64,000 nucleotides of DNA from Oopsacas minuta. Lineage: Eukaryota > Animalia > Porifera. The DNA is taken from positions 1 to 64,000 of the forward strand of contig JAKMXF010000352.1 in the NCBI GenBank assembly GCA_024704765.1, in the 5' to 3' direction. The translations under genes and the position numbers were made by a program. Of this stretch, positions 51,856 to 62,448 are shown piece after piece (positions within the stretch are counted from its first letter, which is position 1; each line of letters opens with the position of its first letter). Below the pieces are notes generated by a model, which was not told the origin of the DNA, searched no databases, and worked only from the letters and a program-made list of their open reading frames with translations.

Positions 51856-52248
51856 TATAATATATGCATAATCAAAATATTTGCTCTTACAATAATAAGT
51901 GAGAATAAATAGGAAATACTAGAGACAATGTATTCATATTACTTACTACGTATATTACGTATAAACAACGGAGGCAAAACTGAAAATGCACGAGAAGATT
52001 CAACACTGAAATACAAATATCTGAATTATCGAGTCCAGCATTTTAATCCAATGTCCTGAGGGCTTTGGAAGCAGTTACTGTAACCATGTGCTGAAACCAG
52101 GATTAACTTGGAGGGATTTTCGAAATATATACCATGTTTCCTTGAATAATAATAGGGTTATTAAATATTTTCAAGCCTCCTTTATAGGGAAGTTACGAAA
52201 TTTATATATATATGTGAATTTTTGTACAATTATACATGTTGCCATATA

Positions 52249-54294
52249 CTGAGTGACCAATAAATACTGTTACTACTTTATACATCGAACAGATCATATC
52301 CTACCATTAGATTTATAGTTCTATAACGAACGTTACTATACGACTATCGAGTTACAAACGAACTTGGTTATTACTGTATAGTATTTTTCAATCACTTGCA
52401 CGAAATACGATCTAGGAGATCAGCGGTTATTGAGCTCCACAAAAACGGACATTCAAATTCTGAAATTGTCAAATCGTTGAAGACGAATAAGATGTTTGTG
52501 TCTAGAACTATATTTCGGTTCCTTGATACGGTGGAAGCCGCTTAATCGGGACAGCTCGGTAGTCAATGTTTTGTCCCGATTACCTGATTATGATTATTTA
52601 AGTATTCAACTAGTTTTCATTGTCACATGACCAGATATATCTTATTTCTATACTACTAATCCTGGTTTATCTAGGTCTAGTAGAGATTTGGTTGTAGTAT
52701 GGGTATAGTTCCGCTTCAAGAGATCATAGAATGCGTTACGATATATACTTGGAAAGTAAGAAAATAAATTTAAAAAATAAAGCATGTGCTTATTACTGCA
52801 ACCCATGCAAAACGTTTGGATATCCAACAGTCTGGTCATTATTGAGTGAATTATATACGGTGGAATAGCCAATGGAACATGAGGCGAGTGAGCAATGTTA
52901 ATAATCTTAGTTTAGTAAATGGTAATCGCATCGGTGTTGTATTGTTATAGTTGTAGAGAATATTCAAATTCTTAGTTTTAAAACAAACCATTTTACAATT
53001 ATTCTGAATCAATATACAATCGTTAAATTGGGATAGAAATCCCAATTAAAGCGAATATAATTAATATCCGGTTAATCGGGATAAGAAATCCTGAATAACA
53101 GATTATGAACTTTCAAATATTTGGGTAATCGGGATAAAAAATCCCGATTAACCGATTCAATGTCCCAATTATCCGACGATTTTTCTATGTAAAAATCTGT
53201 TCCCAAATAATTGTCCCGTTTAAGCGGATATCCCGATTATCCGAGTCCCGATTAAGCGGCTTCCACTGTACTGGAAGCATCCAAGATCGCTCAAGAAAAG
53301 GTCGCAAACTCACAGTTAGGACTTCAACCCTGAGATAGAACGTGAAACTCCGAATATCACAAAATCCTGTGAGAAGCATAAGAGAACTAGCTAAAGAAAT
53401 GAATGTTGCGCGTGAGTCAATGAGATTAATGGTGAGAAACGAGCTAGCGATGAGTTCTTATAAGTTTCAGAAGAAACAATTGTTGTCAGTCAAAAATATA
53501 AAGAAAAGACTATATAGATGTCAATCATTGCTTGGGAGGTTCACTGGTGGGTTGCAGAATCAAATTTTGTTTTCTGATGAAAAGCACTTTGTAGTTGAAC
53601 AGCAAATAAATAAGCAAAATGACAGAATATTGGCTACAAAAAAAGCGTCTTTACCTCCATCTTCATTTCGTTTCTCTCGGACACAAAAACCAGCCTCTGT
53701 GATGGTTTGGGCGGGGGGTGACCTCAGATGGACGGACGCCTCTAGTATTTATCCCCCAAGGTGTTAATATCAAGCAATCCATTTACCGCGAGTCTATTCT
53801 CGAATCAGTTTTAAAGCCCTGGGTCCTAAAACATTTCGGAAGTCGGCCATGGACCTTTCAGCATGACTCAGCACCAGCTTACAAAGCCAGGACTACCCAA
53901 AAACGGTGGAGGGAGAATTGTCCTGCATATATTTCTTCGGAGGAATGGCCATCCTGCTCGCCAGATTAGAATCCTCTCGATTATTCTATGTGCTCCATTT
54001 TGGAGTCCAAAGCATGCTCGGAACCTCACAAAAGTTTAGAGAATCTTCGAGGGGCTTTAACACGTGAGTGGGATAGAATTCCAGAAGAACAGGTGCGACC
54101 AAGCGTAGAGTCCTTTGTTGGACGTCTGAAGAGCTGTGTAAAAGCCAAAGGTGACATATTCAAACAATAATTAAAACACATGATACTTGTAATTATTGTA
54201 TATATAACTACATAGAGTGATTTAGAGCAAATTAGGATCATAGTTTTACTGATACAACTAAAAACGCGAGTAACAGTATTTATTGGTTACCCTG
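52249..54294 (+). mobile_element. Tc1/mariner DD37D (maT-like) transposon interrupted by a MITE
   Basis: TIRs C(T/A)G(A/G)GT(G/A)ACCAATAAATACTGTTACT with TA flanks; motifs ILFSDEK, SVMVWAG and QHDSAPA..WPSCSPD*NPLD (37-aa spacer). Confidence 0.9.
52529..53268. mobile_element. 740-bp non-autonomous element of the CAGTGGAAGCCG family, inserted in the maT ORF
   Basis: TIRs at both ends; TA TSD (52527-28, 53269-70); excision restores the HTH-region frame (..FRFLD T GSIQDR..). Confidence 0.92.
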
Positions 54295-54439
54295 TACTAT
54301 GTGTTTATAGCAAGCTAATAGTATAGGGATAGGGGGGCCTACTATTAAGGAAATAAGGTAATCAATTCAGCACCACCTTTGATCAATATAATAAAAGGAT
54401 TGAAAAAATTCAGAATTAAAGTAGAAAACAAGAGAAAAT

Positions 54440-56215
54440 AACAACAACACATTTATCAGGAACATTTGTCACAGGTGAAAGAGACAGCGAAGACTGATGT
54501 ATAATCTATATCAGCAGTAGCAATGTACCCAATCATTACAGATGTCGCAGCCTACCCATTCCCGATAGTTTTTCTTTCCAATCCTTCTATTCGCTATAGG
54601 TACCTGTTCTCTATGGTGGCATATGCTGCACATGATATTATGCTCACCAGAACTTATGGATGAATTAGAAGAAGAGTGTGTGAGGGCGAAGAGACGCTAT
54701 ACTCTCGAGCTCTCCTCTTCACAGCACCACATACTCTTCCTGTTAGTCCGACACATCCTCGCCCTCCGCGCTTCTTCTTCTCTGGGACGTTCCCACATCC
54801 AATCTGTCCCTCATTGTAGGTTCTTCACCCCTTTGCCTTCAAAAGGGCGTTCTTCCTCTGTTGCTTGAATCACCTCGCTCTTCTTTCTCATGGAAATTTG
54901 ACTTTTCTGGTAACAGCGGGAATAATCTGATCAAAAGTATTGAATTGTGAGCCCACCAAGATTGAGATAGGCAAGGGTCATTCAGGATTCCGAAAGTGAG
55001 AGTTCGCCCGTCATTGAACGCTAAGACAGCTAATAGCAGTGCTAATCCCAAATTAATGAGGTGATATGTATTTGCTTTTGGGACACAGACTATACATAGT
55101 ATTGTACAAGGATTCATTAGCATTCTGAGTCAGTCCTAATGTTAGATGACTCGGAACACTTTTGTCGCATAAGTATTGAATAATTCTTTCACCCTTTCGA
55201 TATCAATGGTGTGAAGGTTGTTAGAGCAGTAGATGCTCATGAGCTTGATGGAGCTCTCCATGACACCATGATTTATCTCTATTAGGACAGCCGGAATGAT
55301 CTTCGGCCACATATTAACTAATATATGTAGACTTGAACACAGTTTGGTTGATGTCTAACACAATTTCAGTTGATAACTGTAGACTAATTTGCAGAGATAT
55401 AGTCAGCCTTCCATTCAGATAGTGTGTGTCGTATAAACGTATGATTGCTGTATTGAATTTTTCTTCTTCAGGGCTTTCTTCAGACTGATAACCACATGGT
55501 TTCACACTCTTCTTTTCGTATCTTCACTAGAGGGTATGGATCTTGTTCTATCAGCTGCTGGAAGCTCTTTTAATCTCAATCACAAACAACACCGAGTTAA
55601 CCAACGATCTTTCACTAAGGAGCGTCCCCAAATCCTCTTGACTGCTCTGTCTCAATACTTTGAGAAGATCCTCTGTTAGAGTTGGGCTTCTGACATTCCA
55701 GCCACTTCTTGCACTCGGCCGCTCTAACTATTTGATTCTCCTCTGTCCAGATTGAGCACTTCTCAAGGAGTTGACTCATAATCTCATAATCCAGTACCTT
55801 CTTGAAGTTAGTAGATATACCCAGTACCAATACCTTTGTTCGAATAGAAACCTCTGGTCTTCAACGAGCTATGGAAGCTGATAGTAACGTTGATGGCGTT
55901 TGGTTCAGTAGATAGCTTAGTCTACTCGTCGGTGTAGTTATTGGGCTGCATCATATATAGTGATAACAATCTCTAGACGGATTAGATACGGAGATGATAT
56001 GTTTTGATGTGGTGGAGGCATATCAAGTATTGTTAAGATTATGTATAGATTCGCCACGACATACCAGTTGACTTTACAGCCGCTACATATCTCATAGGAA
56101 GTTCAATCATGCCGCCGGGTGTAAAAGGCAAGTTGACACAGGTATGGTGGCTTGGTAAGTCGAGAGGGTGAGGAAGGGAAGGTAGCATTCCTTTATGACA
56201 TCTATCGCGATTCCT
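54440..56215 (-). mobile_element. Kolobok/PF20700 Mutator-like transposase relic
   Basis: Broken motifs in order: TISF..S.KTRGFYSNKG, KKVLDYEIMS, GSSQSIETE, CD*D*KSF (cf. GDGDSKSF), KEEC, and GLTQNANESLYNTMYSLCPK. Termini not identified. Confidence 0.7.
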
Positions 56216-57115
56216 TGATAAATTGAAGAGCAGCGGGGGCTACTAGAGGTGAAAATAGCATTATACATTACCGGGAGCCTAAATGTGGATTTTATCTGAT
56301 TGGGAGGACTCATTAGGGAACTTGATTTCGGGATATTTATAGAGACCCGATCGGGTTTTGTGAACAATGGCATACCATTTTTCATTATGGGATTTGGAAT
56401 GTTTCTTAATTGATAATTATCTCTTTTTTAGGATTTATGCAATCCATCATTTACTTAATGTTTTATCAATTTTGTACTATATGTTATCTAGAATAAATTT
56501 GCATTCTGTATTTCATCGATATTTCAATTTGAGTGGCTTCATAGTACTGAATGATATATATTCTCCGAATTTGCTAGCAAATTATTTGTTGGTAGAATAC
56601 TCACATCGTATCTTTATTATATACTGTGAAATCTTTAGAACTTTTCACTGTAGAGGTTTTTATCTTAACTTCGCCTTTTTGATGTTATAAGGATTTTAGG
56701 ATTTTAGGTGTATAATCAAGCCCTTAAAAATAAAGATTTTCAATTATTTTGCTTGGCTCTCCAAAGTTTCCTTTAGAATTATTTAGAATTTGGTCAATTC
56801 ATTTATTGCTTAGAGTAATAGTTAACATTATTTCTTTAGTCTAATCTCCAACGGCTTCTACCTTTTCATGTATATTGGAATAGGATCAACAATAATGAAT
56901 TCCTATAATATAGTTTATAATGTGTATTGTTTACTCATTTTAGTATATTATCCATGGTACAACATGTTTGCATTTCTGTGGAGAATGTTTCGGTTTTCAT
57001 TTAATGAGATATTTATTTTATTACCGTGAGCCTACTGAGCCTTGTTCCTATGGTACTGTCCAGGGGCGTAGACTCGGAATTTGGTTTCGTAGGGCCTCGG
57101 AGCCATGATGACAGG

Positions 57116-58604
57116 CAGTGGCGTCGTGCTTGGAAATTGTCTGGGGGGGCCAGAGTTAATGGATCTGTATATTTTGATCGAATTTTATGTAGAACATTGA
57201 TCGAATGATGAAAAAGGAAGATTTTGATCAAAGTTCTACTACAATGTCTCCAGTCAAACTTTGATCGAAAAATTGTAGAATTTTGAAGAAAATGAGATCT
57301 TTGATCGAAAATGGAGAAAATACAACAAAAAAATCTAACTATACGCCATTTTACAAAGATTAATATTAATCAATCCAAAAAACTCCATCCAATCATAAAA
57401 TTAGCATCAATTCCACACTCCCGTGCTTTAGTAGCTAATAATGAACACAAATAAATACTCCCAGAGCCATAAGGTAATGGTACTCTTTCTAACTAATAAA
57501 TTATAAAGTTAGTGTGAAATTTATGCTAATTTTATGATTGGATGGAGTTTTGTTGGATTGATTATTATTAATCTTTGTAAAATGGCGTATCGTTGGATTT
57601 TTTTGTTGTATTTTCTCCATTTTCAATCAAAGTTCCCATTATTGATCAAAGTTCTCATTTTCGATCAAAGTTCAACTGGAGACATTTTTAGTAGAACTTT
57701 GATCTAAATTTGCCTTTTTCATCATTCGATCAAAGTTCGACATAAGAAAATTTGATTAAAGTTCTACATAAAATTCGATCAAAATATACAGATGCGTCAA
57801 TAATACATCTCAAAACAGTTATAAATACCATAATATAAGTACTCGAACTCTCTTTGGTTCAAACTATATTTCAAGTAATCTATGGTAAATACTATTATAT
57901 TTGTAAATTAGTGTTCATATGTTCAGTACTGATATACACTATTTCCTGGGAGTATTCCAAAATCTCTCGTGAATCTTCTCAAATCTTTAGGGATTGATTT
58001 CATTCTGTTAGATTCAACGGACAATAACAGTCATTATACTTATTATACTCTAACCAGGGTCTTGAAATATACCAATTTGCCCGAAAAGCCCTCATTTTCC
58101 CATGAAATAATGTCTGAGGGTATGAGTTATTTGGTAGTTTCAGTCGTACAGCTCCATATTTGATGTATTCAGCACGAAGTAATCTGTCTACTGGAATCAC
58201 AAATTCTTGTCCCATAGCATCGTTCAACAACGAGTAATCCACAAACGAAGTCTCAGATTCTATAGAACTATTAGTGACTACTGTATCTGTAGAAGTATCA
58301 CTTGATTGAATAATTGGAGGAGAACATGGTGACAAAGGGTGAAAATATTTATCCAAAATCATTGACGAACAAAAGATAATAACTATATACGAAAGTTAGG
58401 GAAAAAGAATCAAATAATGTCCTAAATTGATATATAAATCAAAGAATTAAGGGTTGACCTATGTACATGATGTAACTATCAGTAGATGCATCAAGACCAA
58501 AAGCGAAAAGCATTAATTGATAGGGAGAAATAAATTATCTGGAGGCGGCTTATGAAATTTGGGGGGACCCGGGCCCCCCGGGCCCATAGAGCACGACGCC
58601 ACTG
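57116..58604 (-). mobile_element. Internally deleted hAT (ZMYM1-like) element
   Basis: 15-bp TIR CAGTGGCGTCGTGCT; perfect 8-bp TSD ATGACAGG; ORF 58000-58362 retains the N-terminus with TTF-type RAFRANWYISRPWLEY. Confidence 0.92.
57163..57793. repeat. Foldback-like long inverted repeat (arms ~260-280 bp, loop ~90 bp)
   Basis: ATCTGTATATTTTGATCGAATTTTATGTAGAAC.. mirrored at 57793; arms built from TTTGATC(G/A)AA sub-repeats. Confidence 0.9.
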
Positions 58605-59110
58605 ATGACAGGATAAGGCTCTTGTACATACTTTTCTATTAGTCTCTATGGAGAGAGCAAACTTATTGGTAGGGCCATGGCCTCACCAACCCTACCGTCG
58701 CCTACACCTATGGTTTCTTCATTATCAATAGTCCCGATTATTGTGCGATTTCCTGATTTTTCGAACTTTTGTTAACACATTTTATCAATTACGGCCGAAG
58801 TGAAGAGAGACACGATTATTTTCCCACTTCGTTTAACCAATTCTCGTACCTATATCGAAATTTCGGCACCTTTTTGACATCATCAAATGACACATTTCCG
58901 GCAAACCAGTTGGTTGTATTGGGAGCTTTGAAAACCCTGTATAAACTTTAATATTTATATGTTGCAGTTAGGGATTCACAACGAATTTCTCACCCCAAAA
59001 ATTAGCTTCTATTGAATTATATCACGTCTATCTAATTAGGAATCTGCAGAAATTGTATCTAACAATGAATTCTGATGTTCGTAGTACTACATAATATAAT
59101 ATTAGCCATG

Positions 59111-59178
59111 CAGGGCTGTATCAACTCATTTTGAGTTGGCAAAATCAACTCATTTTATTAAATGAGATGAATGAGTTG
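59111..59178. mobile_element. Half copy of the CAGGGCTGTATCA MITE, abutting the RAG1-like element
   Basis: Matches the termini of 5847-5988 and stops exactly at CACAGTG (59179). Confidence 0.75.
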
Positions 59179-59364
59179 CACAGTGGCACGAAATGACAGT
59201 TTGGTGGAAATAGCAATTTATGTAACAGATATGCTTTTATGATGTATTAGTGACGTATAGGTTATCCACCCTATACAACAGATTTACACTATCAGAAATT
59301 ATATACGACTTCGGAATCACGAGTTCACGTCATTGGAATGTCAATATAGTTTTTAGAAATATAC

Positions 59365-61585
59365 TTAATCATCCTCTATTATGAGGGAATTAACAATAAG
59401 ATCTTGTTTACTAAGAGTATTGCTGTTACTTGAGGTACTTTTCCGCATCTTTTTGTTTAGTAGAAGAATCGGATCACTTTGGCAGATGATCCGTGAGAAA
59501 ACATCTTTTAAGTTTTCTTCAAAGGAAAACTTCCTCGACAAACGTTCTCTAAATCTTCTGAGTAACTTATTGCTTGACTCCAGACCTTCCTCTGATAACT
59601 GTTCCAGTCCATAACAATCATTATAATCAGAAATAATGCTTGCTGCATGAGCTAACAGTTTGTGCATTGTAGGGGGTTATGTTAGACCAAGAAAATTGCG
59701 TCAAAATCAGCTGATAAAGTTCGCGACATACTAATGAGAGTTCGTCTGTGTGTATTCTTCTACTAGAATAATATACCCGTAGGATGGCTCCAAGGTAGGT
59801 GTGGATATCAGTGATCACTTGTTTGCAATTTGATGGTAATACTATCAAAATCCAGTATAGGAAGTCTCTCTCACTATCATCTTTCCTCACTAAGCATCGT
59901 CTCACAACATTTCCTGTTGTAGAAGTTCCACCTTGTGAAGAAGCACAATCAATCATCAAATTCAACTTTTCTTTTAACAAACCGCAAATAAAACTCTTGG
60001 TGTATTGGACTTTAGTAGAAGTTAGTGACCATTTAGTTTCTCCAGCAGTTAGATGGCTTGCCAGAGACATAAACCAACTGAAAAACCTAAGGTATGCGTG
60101 TAAAGGTGAACCCGGGATTATGTCTATATCAGATAAAGGTGCATGCGCAAGATTAAATCTTTCGTTAGAACTTAGTGAGAGAAATCGCTCTTCATCAACT
60201 TCTTCAAATATGATCTTTGCATCACTGATAAACCTTTTGGTGGGAAAGCCATCCTGGACAAAAGTTAAATCGTGTATCTGCTCGAATGTAGTTGTGCAAA
60301 ACTGACAACAAGCTCCTCCTGCACCACTCAATTTTGAGCCATTTTTCCATCAATTTGCGAACGCAAAATTTGCGCACTAGCAGTGATACCATTAATGAAA
60401 TTTAGACCATTATTTTCTATGTACTCAGTCTCCTTGTTGACCATTGTCGACATAAGAAAGCCTACATTTTCTAGATTTTCTTGAAGAGCAAGTATGGTTA
60501 TTGGCCTTATCGAGAATGGGGAATTCGGAACAGAGTTCTTCCAGAGGAGTTTTCCTTGGTGATTGGTGATAGAAAGCACCTTAAATCCAAATAATAGAAA
60601 GTCCTTGGTTGTTTAATCGGGATGGGAAGTTGCTTGTTGATAAATGCGGTGGGAACCTGACCCATCTAACCCATCAGATATCCGAATCTTAAGTGGTTGG
60701 TCGTCACTGTCATTGGGAGTATTTGTGGATATTTTCCTATTCACTGTGTGAGTGAGTAATGTGTGATAGGAAATGCCAATGCCAACCGGATATTCTCTTT
60801 CCACTATTTCCATCTCATCAATTAGGCAAATTTGACTACGATGGATTGCGACTCTATTGTAACCAGGAAGAGTGATATCCTCATTAATTAATATACGTCT
60901 TAGGTCGATGTATTTTGACTTCCCAATTTCTAATGACTTTAGTAAGAAGCAAGACGAATCTAAAGAGAGTTTCCTGTTGAAATTTCCTAATCCATGACTC
61001 CCTGGTAATTACATTTTTGCTGATATTAGCGGTGCAAACATCATGCTCTTCCTGTGAATACAACAACAGTAAGTAGCTAGAAATCATCTTAGGTGAAACT
61101 TCTTCTCGATGTGCGACAGCTTCCAGATATAATATCAGGTTGGCTAATCGATATCGCATACCTTTATTACTTAATTCGCTGATTTGCTTCCGAGATACGC
61201 GACTAAAATCTTCCTCGAATACAATTGTAGATTCCTTGGAGGGTCTAGCTTCATTTGAAGACTGTAGAATGTCATCCATTTGAGGATCTCGACTAAAATC
61301 TTCCTCGAATACAATTGTAGATTCCTTGAAGGGTCTAGCTTCATTTGAAGACTGTGGAATGTCATCCATTTGAGGATCCCTACAAAAGAGCAATTCCTCC
61401 CAAGTCGCTAAGTCCTTCTCTTTCAAATATATTTTTCTTTCAGACTTAATATTTGAAAATTTTCGGCGGAGAAGGTCACAATTGGACTCTTCAAGATTAT
61501 ATTTAGTAATAAACTGATGAGCAATCGTACTAAACGCTTTCTCCGAGTTGGACATATAGAAATTGAAGGCTTCTTTGTTGTTCAT
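59365..61585 (-). pseudogene. RAG1-like/Transib transposase (~740 codons), 3 frameshifts and 1 stop
   Basis: Motifs in order: RKQISELSNKGMRYRL..EE (NBD-like), [60 protein letters not shown] and SEEGLESSNKLLRRFRERLSRK. Breaks at ~61000, 60613-15, ~60330 and ~59670. Confidence 0.92.
61201..61380. repeat. 90-bp in-frame tandem duplication within the RAG1-like N-terminus
   Basis: 61201-61290 and 61291-61380 differ at only a few bases; each encodes RDPQMDDI(P/L)QSSNEARP(F/S)KESTIVFEEDFS. Confidence 0.95.
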
Positions 61586-62448
61586 TAGGACGGAGTAAAA
61601 TTGAAACTAATTAATAATCAACCATAAGATAAAATTTGTTGCTAACATAAAGGCTGTAAATTACGAGACGACCAGTAGAAATAGTTGCAAAACTCAATTA
61701 GCGCCAGGTTGCGCCAGGCTAGAACTAAGTTTATTTTGTTTTAAATATAACTTTCTTCAAAATAAAATCCAATTTACAACGGGCAACAACAGGCAAAGAT
61801 AGTTGTGGCATTTAAAACTCAATTGACCAAACATAAATTCACCAAAATTATTTGGAATTTCTACCAAGTATATCCTAAAAGCTGATATTATAATTTAGTA
61901 GTCATGTATTTCATTATAATGGCCACTTAAAGTACTTCAATATGGCAGGCTACAATTTTCATATACATAACTAAAACAAGAATATGTGTCAAATTCCTTT
62001 GGCTACTTTGAGAAACCTTGATTTTTGTGTTTCATCCTGTTGAAGTTACTCATCTAGAAATAACTATTGTTCAAAAGTAAAACTATCAAATATCATTATG
62101 TGCTGTATTTCTAGGTTTTGAAGTATGCTGAATAAGGTAGGATTAATTAGATATCAAAATATCACTGTCAAATATTTCGTAATTTCCACCTGTTGTGCCA
62201 TTGTGGAAGTCGAAGTGGTGATTTTGAGAAATCTCTTCTCTAAGTGCGTATGGGTTATCGCTACATCGAATAACTGGAGGTGCTTTTGGATTTGGCTTGT
62301 GCTATTAGTTTGCACTTTGGATTGTAAAGTTCCCATGGTGGTAACCTTGTAATGATTGGAGCAGTGCGAAACATTTTAAGCTGCTGATCCACAAGAACTT
62401 ACAGGCGATGTACGTAGTTAGATTATTTGGGCTACACTTTGTAAACAC

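Larger units (their letters stand above)
59179..62205 (-). mobile_element. RAG1-like/Transib transposon (3027 bp) with RSS-like asymmetric TIRs
   Basis: Left end CACAGTG-GCAC..GGTGGAAAT; right end (rc) CACAATG-GCAC..GGTGGAAAT; single RAG1-like transposase inside. The 5-bp flanks (AGTTG/GAAGT) do not match. Confidence 0.85.

Noticed and set aside
59186-59364. RAG2-like partner gene convergent with the RAG1-like ORF
   Set aside because: Only ~180 bp to the TIR (and ~390 bp in the 16612-16998 case); no Kelch/PHD-like ORF nearby.
4018-60750. Other CACAGTG/CACTGTG hits (e.g. ~4018, ~5566, 13069, ~29969, ~34133, ~60742)
   Set aside because: A 7-mer is expected several times by chance in 64 kb; these lie inside other elements or ORFs with no partner motif or TSD.
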